From the human T2T-CHM13v2.0 reference genome, Homo sapiens, in NCBI RefSeq assembly GCF_009914755.1, contig NC_060942.1: 64,000 bases of DNA. One strand, 5' to 3'. The notes under the pieces were generated by a model, which saw only the letters and a program-made list of their open reading frames with translations, did no database searches and was not told the origin of the DNA. The translations under genes and the position numbers were made by a program. Within the stretch, counting starts at the first letter, position 1; each line of letters starts with the position of its first letter. Shown piece after piece: positions 55,271-64,000 of the stretch.

Positions 55271-55565
55271 GGCCGGGGACAGTGGCTCACGCCTATAATT
55301 CCCAGTAATTTGGGAGGTTGAGGTGGGTGGATCACTTGAGGTCAGGAGGCTGACCAATATGGTAAAACCCCATTTCTACTAAAAATCACCCCCAAAAATT
55401 AGCCTGGCATAGTGGCAGCGCACCTCTAATCCCAGCTACTTGGGAGGCTGAGGCAGGAGAATCACATGAACCAGGAGGCGGAGGTTGCAGTGAGACAAGT
55501 TCACGCCACTACACTCCAACCTGGGCAACAGAGCTAGACCCTGTCCCAATAAATAAATAAATAAA
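55271..55565 (+). mobile_element. AluS (Sx/Sz-like) with (TAAA)n tail
   Basis: ggccgggg..gtggctcacgcc start, small left-arm deletion, TSD aaataagaac. Confidence 0.9.
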
Positions 55566-55953
55566 ATAAGAACTGAATATATGTGAGGTCTAATAATAAA
55601 TCCCTTTATACTCTTCAATTAAAAATTGAGGTAAAATACATAATACAATTTACTATCTTAATTATTTTAAAATGTATACCTCAGTGGCACCCAGTACATT
55701 TACATAGTTGTGCACCATCACCACTGTTCATTCACAGAAGGCTTTTTATCTTGTAAAACAGAAACTCTGCCTATTATACAATAGTCACAATTCCACTCTT
55801 CACCCACCCCCTAGAAACCACCATTCTACTTTGTGGTCCTAAGAATTTGGCTACACCAGGTACTTCATATGAGTGTATTCATACAGTATTAGTTCTTTTG
55901 TGGCTGGCTTATTTCACTTAGCATAATGTCTTCAAGATTCACTCATGTTGTAA

Positions 55954-56577
<624 letters not shown>

Positions 56578-57293
56578 GACTGTACAAATAGCCTTTTGGG
56601 ATCCCATTTTCAATTATTTTGTGTATATACCCAGAAGTGGAATCGCTGGATTATGTTGTAATTCTAGGTTTAATTTTTTGAGGAATGACCATACCATTTT
56701 TCATAGCAGCTATACCATTTTACATTTTCACCCACGGAATACAAAAATTCCAACTTTTCCGATCTTCACTAACACTTGTAATTTTCTGGTTTTTTGAAAG
56801 TACCTATCCTCATGAGTCTGAGGTGGTATCTCATTGTAGCACTGATGTGTATTTTTCTAATAATTATTGATATTCAGATTTTTCATGGGCTTATTTATTA
56901 TTTGTATATTTTCTTTAAAGTAAATGTTTATTCAAGACCTTTTCTCATTTTTAAATTGTGTTGTGTTTTATGTTGTTGAATTGTAGAAGTTCTTAATATA
57001 TTCTGAATATTAACTCCTTTTCAAATATATGATTTACACATATTTTCTCCCATTTCATTGGTTGCGTTTTTACACACATTGATTGTGCCTTTTGATGGGA
57101 GGCATTTCTAATTTTTAAGTGATCTAATTTATCTATTTTTTCCTTTGTTGACTGTGCTTTTTGTGTCATATCCAAGAAATCGTTGCCAAACTCAATGTCG
57201 TGAAGTCTATTCACTTTCAAAAATGTGCTTTACTAGAACGCTGAGAAAATTTTAATGTTGGTGCAGTTTTTCATGTGTAAGTTTTACCTATTT

Positions 57294-57375
57294 CATCTTC
57301 CTGCTTCATCTTTCCTCAGCAGTTGGGACTACACACTCGCTCTGTCATCCAGGCTGGGGTGCAGTGGCTCAATCT
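57294..57375 (-). mobile_element. Two short Alu right-arm fragments in swapped order
   Basis: catcttcctgcttca...agcagttgggactaca followed by ctcgctctgtcatccaggctggggtgcagtggctcaatct. Confidence 0.6.
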
Positions 57376-58275
57376 ACACATACATCACTAAATTTCTTCA
57401 ATTTTTCATAAACTGCACAAGTAAAATGACACCCAATCTCTGCAAATAATGATCTATGCTGTTAAAATAATGCAGAGCAATTCTATCAAATGTTTTATTT
57501 TTTCTATGAGATCTGTCTTCATTGTACATTTAATTTTAATATTTGAATGACAATAACTCTGTTATACTGCAATAGGCAATAAAAACAGATATAAGCTCTT
57601 CTACTAAGTGAAGTATTCATGTAGTTTTTCTCAGTAAAAAAAAAAAATATATATATATATATATATTCGTACACCAGTAGTGTATTATTGCTTTCTGGTG
57701 CTACAGAGGAGAAGTTAAAATCTAAAACATGGGAGAGTCTTCCTATCCATATTAATCAATTTTATCTCATCCAGACATCAGTTCTGTCCCCTGTTTCTCG
57801 AGAACCCTCATGGTCCAATTGCAAGATGCTTTCTACAGGCTTAATTATTCATATTAGTAAATTACTGCAAGTACTTTGGTGTACGATCCATTTTGTCACG
57901 TCAGTAGAAATTTGAAATAATTACTGGATTTCTTGCAGGAGGCAATTTGGAAGTCAAATCTTCAGAAACTATAATATCATACAAAGCATCTCACTCACAA
58001 TTTCAGGGTAGAGTGACAAGGCCAGTGAAGAAACCCTAGATAAAAATCAGTACTGATACATGGCCACCCACAAGCCAGTGTTATCATCGTTGGCTTAAAA
58101 TAATGCATATTAGCTCATATTTTATGGTTTCTCTGATTCCCAGTTACACCACCTAACAAGTATGTGAATTTTGATTGTGTTATAGATCCTCCCAGGTCCT
58201 CAGCTTCTGAATATAAAATGTGGAAATCATAGCAAAGTACATTTGAAAAGAAAAAATAAAGCAAGATCAATAAGT

Positions 58276-58505
58276 TTTATGTGTATATATATGTAAATGT
58301 ATGTTTATGTATATATAAACAATATGTATATATACATTATGTATATATAAACACATCTTTCTCTAGTATATATACTAGAGTATATAAGTTTTTATTTATT
58401 TATATATGATATATACAATAATATACAAATTTACATAATAAATAAATTAATTTATAGATATTAAATACATATAATAATACTTATGAACATATAATATTAA
58501 ATTTA
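58276..58505. repeat. AT-rich low-complexity tract with a perfect 20-bp palindrome
   Basis: ctctagtatatatactagag at 58361-58380. Confidence 0.85.
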
Positions 58506-58634
58506 AATGTACAAGCCTTGATACTATTAGCCTTGTGAAGTAATTGGATATAAAAGCAGAACTCCCATAGGACTAGTCTAAAAATCTTCTCCAAAATGAT
58601 CAGGACATTGATTATGTAATTTCATATAGAAATA

Positions 58635-59012
58635 TGCATCAGTTAGGGATTTACCAGAGAATCAGACAAATAAGGATTAGTTATGGGACTCTGAGAGCTG
58701 ATGAGACAATTCCAGTATCTGTGGGTTAGAATGTCAGGAAGGGCACGCTGGAACTCTTGGACATGAGGAGAAGCCACTGTTTACAGTCAGAATTTCTTCT
58801 TCAGAGAAGCCTCAGTTCTCCTCTTCAGGCCTTTCAGGTGATTGAATCAGGCCTATGTGGATTATCTAGAAAAATTTGTCTTACATAAAGTTAACCAGTT
58901 ATATACTTTAATCATCTATACAAAATTTCTTCGTGGCCGACATCTGGAAGTGTTTGGTTGAATAAATGGGGACTTTAAACTAACCAAGGTGACCCTGAAA
59001 AAGAGCATCATA
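58635..59012 (-). mobile_element. Old MLT2 (D/E-like) 3' LTR of ERV-L
   Basis: cagaatttcttcttcagagaagcctcag; aggcctttcaggtgattgaatcaggcc; aaccaaggtgac..catcata. Confidence 0.8.
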
Positions 59013-59581
59013 TTTGATCTCTTGTCAATTTGATCTCCACACATACCTCTTCAAACCATATTTCTTCTCCAAGTAGAGGCTAGCAAAGTCCTGTTTCTGC
59101 TTAACATGATTCAAGTATGCTGTGTACAACTGAAAGCAGGCTAACTCTTTCTCCATGAGATAATGCCTATTCCTAGATGATGTTAACTTTTCTCTTTCGA
59201 TATCCTGTAACCTAAATACAGCAATGTAAAATTTTCTATTATTAATATATTTTTGCTAGATTATGTGGGATGATAGAGAAGAAAACAAAAATATTCAGTT
59301 AATATGTATACAAATATATTCATAGAAAATAAGAAAGAAATACTAATACAGTTCTTGATTTTTCAAATGTTCACATGGTCCTATCTGGTACTTATAACCA
59401 TATTCTTCCTCTACTGATCCCATTGTCCCTCTGTCCTCAGTGGTACTTTCATTTGTGCTACTTCTTTGCTTGGTTGCTTGACTCAAATCTTCATTCCTGA
59501 GGGGTCTGGCCCATTAGTAAGTCCAACCTCAATTGGGCTTGGGTTTTTCATTGACTTTAATCATGGTATGATTAGCATGAT

Positions 59582-61133
59582 TTCCCATAATGTTAGATAT
59601 GGAGATGATGGTTGGGCTCAGCAACATGGACTTCCACTCCTGAAGGCTAACCTGGTGAACTCATGTGAATTGCCTAATTTGGAGGCAGGAAAGAACAATG
59701 AGTGCTTATTATGGCACAACTTCCCAGACTAATCAGCCAGCTACTTGGTGGCAAGTTGATTACATTTGGCCACCTCTGGTATGGAAGGGGCAATGCTTAG
59801 ATTTTAATGGAATAGACACCACTCTGGATATATATTTATCTTCCATGTATGGAATATTTCTGCCATCCATGACTTATCATTTACTATTTGTGGACTTATG
59901 TAATTTCTTATCCATTTTCATAATCCTCTAAACAACATTCTTGCTGATCAAGGAGCTCACTTCACAGTAAATGTGGTACATCAATGGACCCATGGAAATA
60001 AAATTCATTGGTCCCACTGCCACACACAGTAGCATGGCAATACTAAGAGATACCCTAAGGGACCTGTTGAATTTCTTATCCAATGTCATACTCTTCCAAA
60101 CAATATTCTTGCTGATCAAGGAGCTCACTTCACAGTAAATGCAGTGCATCAGTGGACACATGGAAATAAAATTCACTAGTCCCACTGCCACACACAGTAG
60201 CATGGTAGTACTAGCAGATACCCTAAGGGATCTGTTGTATTCCAGATGTACTATCTCCAATTCCATTATGGAGTAGCAGCCCAATTTCCTCTTGATAATC
60301 AGGATCAAACACCCATCAAGTACAATAAATTTTCTCTTTGCCTAATTTAGATGAATGAGGAGGCCAGAGTAGCTGGATTGCAGTCATGACTTCCAGTTCA
60401 ATAAAATCATTGTGTTTCTTGGTGGAAGCATTCCTCCCTTTGGAAGTCAGCCCTCTAATTCAAAAGAGACTAAGGTCATGGGGATAGAAAACAAATGTTT
60501 TCTAATGGATCACCAGGTATAATACGAGTGTAGCCACTCTCATTTCCACTCCTTCATTCATGTACCCACAGATCCTGCCTATGGGAGAAACAGGCCATAT
60601 TGTTGTACTGCTTTAGAGCAGTACAGCATTCTGGAGGACATTGTCCTAGCACCACAAGGTACTACCACTTATTCTGCCATTCTATCAAGGCAATTGGACC
60701 AATGCATTTTACTTACATGGGTCCATTGATGTACCTTATTTACTGTGAAGTGAGTTCTTTGATCAGCAAGAATGTTGTTTGGAGGACTGTGAGGGTGGAT
60801 AAACAATTCCTTAAGTCCACAAATAGTAAACATATAAGTTATGGATGGCAGAAGTATTGCATACATGGAAGATAAATATATATCCAGAGTGAATATCTAT
60901 TCCATTAAAACTAAGCGTTGCCCCTTCCATACCAGAGGTGGTCAAATGTAATCAATTTGTCACCAAGTAGCTGGCTGATCAGTCAAGGGAGTTGTGTCAT
61001 ACCAAAATCTCATCATTGTTCTCTACTGCCTGCAAATTGGGTAATTAGCATGAGTGGTGGCCAGGTTAGCCTTCAGGAGTGAAAGTCTATGTTGCTGAGC
61101 CCATGCATAATCTGCACATCTATTACAATGGAA
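59582..61133. repeat. Long inverted repeat (arms ~59582-60014 and ~60696-61133)
   Basis: Example match: cagccagctacttggtggcaagttgattacatttggccacctctggtatggaaggggcaa versus ttgccccttccataccagaggtggtcaaatgtaatcaatttgtcaccaagtagctggctg. Confidence 0.92.
59902..60237. repeat. 168-bp tandem duplication
   Basis: aatttcttatcca...ttcttgctgatcaaggagctcacttcacagtaaatg...cccactgccacacacagtagcatgg...gataccctaaggga.ctgttg occurs twice. Confidence 0.92.
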
Positions 61134-62019
61134 TTTTTTTTATGAGCCTAACAGACAATGGCATAAATGTCTGCGGACAGGCTAAATGGCATTTATTCAC
61201 TGATCATCCTATCCTTTGAATGATTAAAGTCCTCACCTGCTGAGGTCACCCTTATATGGGCATATACATGGAACACAGATATCTTAACAGTGTCTGACCA
61301 TTCAGAGAGGTCTATTCATATTCCTCGTACCTAGACCCCCTTGTCATCAATTTTCCAATCATGCTGTGACCATTCAGGCAATCTTTGGCCACAGTCAATG
61401 AGTTAATATTTCTCTCTTCTACCAGGCACAATGAACAACCAGGTTGCATTAATAGAAGCATTACCCAGAGAGACACTTTTTCCTTATCATTGTCCATGGA
61501 TGTCCAAGAAAGGGCTGTAATTCTGCAGCTGATCACTGTCTTTTTGGTGCCTAAGTATTGTCCAGAGCCATCTGTAAACCACACTCAAGTTTTCTTTCCC
61601 TTAATCAGCAACTGTTTATGAGGCATGGGTGTAGGCTAGGAGAGATAGGTAATGTAGTTGGTGAAGGAGACATGGAAAATTAGGATACTTCTTATGCAAA
61701 TTATTTGTGCCTTCAGGGCATGTATGAGCCCAATCTTACATTGACCACTTTGATTTGATGACAGAGAACTCCTGTTCATGTCCAACATTATGGCTTGGTA
61801 AGTTCAACAATGGTTCATGACAGGCAACTCAAGCTGCATGGTGATTTAGTGACCCATGGTCAAGTGTTAAATCTTTTCCAAGGCTCAGGAGCAAAAAGCT
61901 GTTTTCAAAAGGAAATAATTATGTGCAAAGGATGGAAGAGTTTTGCTCCAAAATCCTGGGGTTCTGTGATTAATCTGTGGGTATCTGCCATAGGCTCCAA
62001 ACAGTATCTTTATTTTCAC

Positions 62020-62218
62020 ACACTGAGAAGAGGTCATATGAGGATACAGCAAGATGGTAGCTTGCTGTCTGAAAGCCGGGAACAGCACTCTCACCAGACA
62101 TCAACTCTGTTGGCTTTTTGATCTTAGACTTTGAGTCTTAAGAATTTGTAGAAATAAATTTTGTTTTTTGCGCCACTCAGTCTATGGTTGTATTACAATA
62201 GCCCAAGCTGACTAATGA
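62020..62218 (+). mobile_element. MLT1 (MaLR) LTR 3' half, within ERV-L pol
   Basis: gaggatacagcaagatgg...ttgatcttagacttt...agaaataaatttt...ccactcagtctatgg...atagcccaagctgactaat. Confidence 0.8.
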
Positions 62219-64000
62219 GCTAGTATGTACAAATTAGAAACAAGTTGTCTCCAAATTCCAATTCAAAGAGACCCCCTAGGCTTCATGCTTTCTGCATAAA
62301 ATTATCAATGTATTGGACCAGTGTGATGTCATTTGAAAGAGAAAGGTGATCAAGAGCTTTATGGGTACTAGAGCTGGAGAGTTAAGGTATTGGTGGCCAA
62401 ACCAGCTGAGAGTAAACTGCTTCTGGTGGCTTTATTAACTGTTAAAGGGAAAAATAAATCCCTTGCCAGATTAGATAGCTGTGTACCAGGTACCAGGCAG
62501 GATATGTGTTAATTTCTCAAGCAATGTTACCCCATCTAGAAATCAGTTGCAATTGTAGTCACTGCCTGATTAAGTTTGCAATAAATAGTGTCATCCTCAA
62601 ACATACATCTGTTTCTGCACAGGCCAAATAGGAAGTAGAATGGGGCTATAATGAGAATCACCAATCCTGTTTTGCTGTAGTCCTTAATGATGGCAATAAT
62701 CTCTGCAATCCCTCCAGAAGTGCTGTGTTGCATTTGTTTTAAGCTTTCTGTAAAGGAAACTCCAGTGGTTTCCATTTGGTCTCATATAAAAATAGCTTCC
62801 ACTTCGCAGGTTAGAGAACCAATGTGAGAATTCTTCCAGTTGCAGAGTATGATTATTTCAATGATAAATTCTGGAACTAGATAAATAACTACAGGAAGAG
62901 CCTAGGAACCCACTGATACCACTGTGAGATGGACTCAAGTTAAAACTCTATTGATTACTTGACTTCCATTAGCCACTAATCCGGTTGGTGGATCACAGTG
63001 ACATTTTGGCCTCCAGAAATTAATTTCACTTCTAAACCAGTGTCAAAAAATCCCTAAGAAGTCTTATTATTTTCTGTAATTCAGAGCCACCCAAGTATAT
63101 GGTCACAAGACCCTTTGAGGAAGGCTGGGAGAAATATTTATTAGAAAATTTTTGGCAGTGTAGCAGGGTTCTTCCTCAAGAGGATACAGCCTCCCATCCA
63201 TTCAAGGTGTTTTGATCTGTAAATTGGCTCAAGCCTGGGTGTTAATTGAGGTCTTGTGGTTTCGTTTTGATGATTTAAGGCTTACTTATTTGTATTAGAC
63301 CTAGAATTGTTCTGTGTATACAGATCAGTAAATAATTTAGTAGACCACCCATCTGTTTTCTAAGAACATTATGACCAACTAGCCAATGCCAGTTATCTGA
63401 AAGTCAGACTATTCTGATTAGTTCTCTGGGTGGATTTCATGATTTATAATAATCAGAAAACACTTTTCATTGGTGATTAAGTGATATCACTCGATCTTGT
63501 CATTCCAGGATTCCATTATACTCGTTGAATTTTGTGATCCCAGCTTGCTAGTAGCAGTTCCCACTGTAATTTCTGACCTACAGAGGAGTGAACAAGGGCT
63601 TTTCATGGATACTGGAGCTCCTTCTTTATTTCTCAGGGTCATAGTAAAAGGTGCATAATATGGATACTCCAGGCTTGGGTAAACAGGTCTTACACAATAA
63701 TTCCCTCATCCAAAAGACCACCAGAATGGCTAAATAGTAGGAAAGAGAGCTTAATTGGTTATATCAGTTTGCTAACTGGGAAGAGGCAGCCTCTGGTGTG
63801 GATGAAAGGTGTTCTCTCTTTGAAAAAGGAAAGGATGGGTTGAGTTTTATGCCTCACAGGGTCTGTCTTACAAAATAGAAGCATACATACATATTCAGCA
63901 AGTTTTGAGGGTGTATTTATAAGGGAAGCCAAGTGCAGGTGCAATGGGCAAACAACTCATTTCCCTTTGGCATGGGGTTTTCAGCATTAAAATGAGATGG

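Larger units (their letters stand above)
59013..63750 (-). mobile_element. ERV-L internal remnant (gag-pro-pol-dUTPase pseudogenes)
   Basis: Minus-strand motifs: protease FDTGLEVKLI (~63030); RT GGIAEIIAIIKD..KLNQAV and LVQYIDN (~62310); RNase H WFTDGS (~61575); integrase ILADQRTHFT; dUTPase DPDYQEEIGLLLHNG (~60290). Right boundary approximate. Confidence 0.88.

Noticed and set aside
58361-58380. Perfect 20-bp palindrome
   Set aside because: Core is (TA)n inside a low-complexity tract; slippage is a sufficient explanation.

Overview
This is AT-rich primate (probably human or great ape) intergenic or deep-intronic DNA, judged from AluY, L1PA2/3, LTR12 and THE1D. No protein-coding gene is recognisable. 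The six-frame ORFs are decayed L1 ORF2, ERV-L pol, GC-rich LTRs, Alu, microsatellites or chance. Roughly half the window is transposon-derived: THE1D, LTR12, MER52, MER74/MLT2A1, LTR16A, an ERV-L provirus remnant, several L1s (two with 5' inversions), six Alus, MADE1, HSMAR2, MER44 and MER2. All family calls are from recalled consensus sequences, not a database search. The most interesting items are: (1) a 28-bp-stem hairpin at 19.6 kb whose mismatches are all G-U on the + strand; (2) a ~430-bp inverted duplication plus a 168-bp tandem duplication inside the ERV-L; (3) a very ancient L2-clade LINE fossil still readable as protein at 42.4-42.8 kb; (4) a chain of candidate + strand exons at 28-36 kb; (5) a solo LTR12 that has lost its enhancer, promoter and polyA core. 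I cannot support a claim of a wholly new biological system; these are testable leads.
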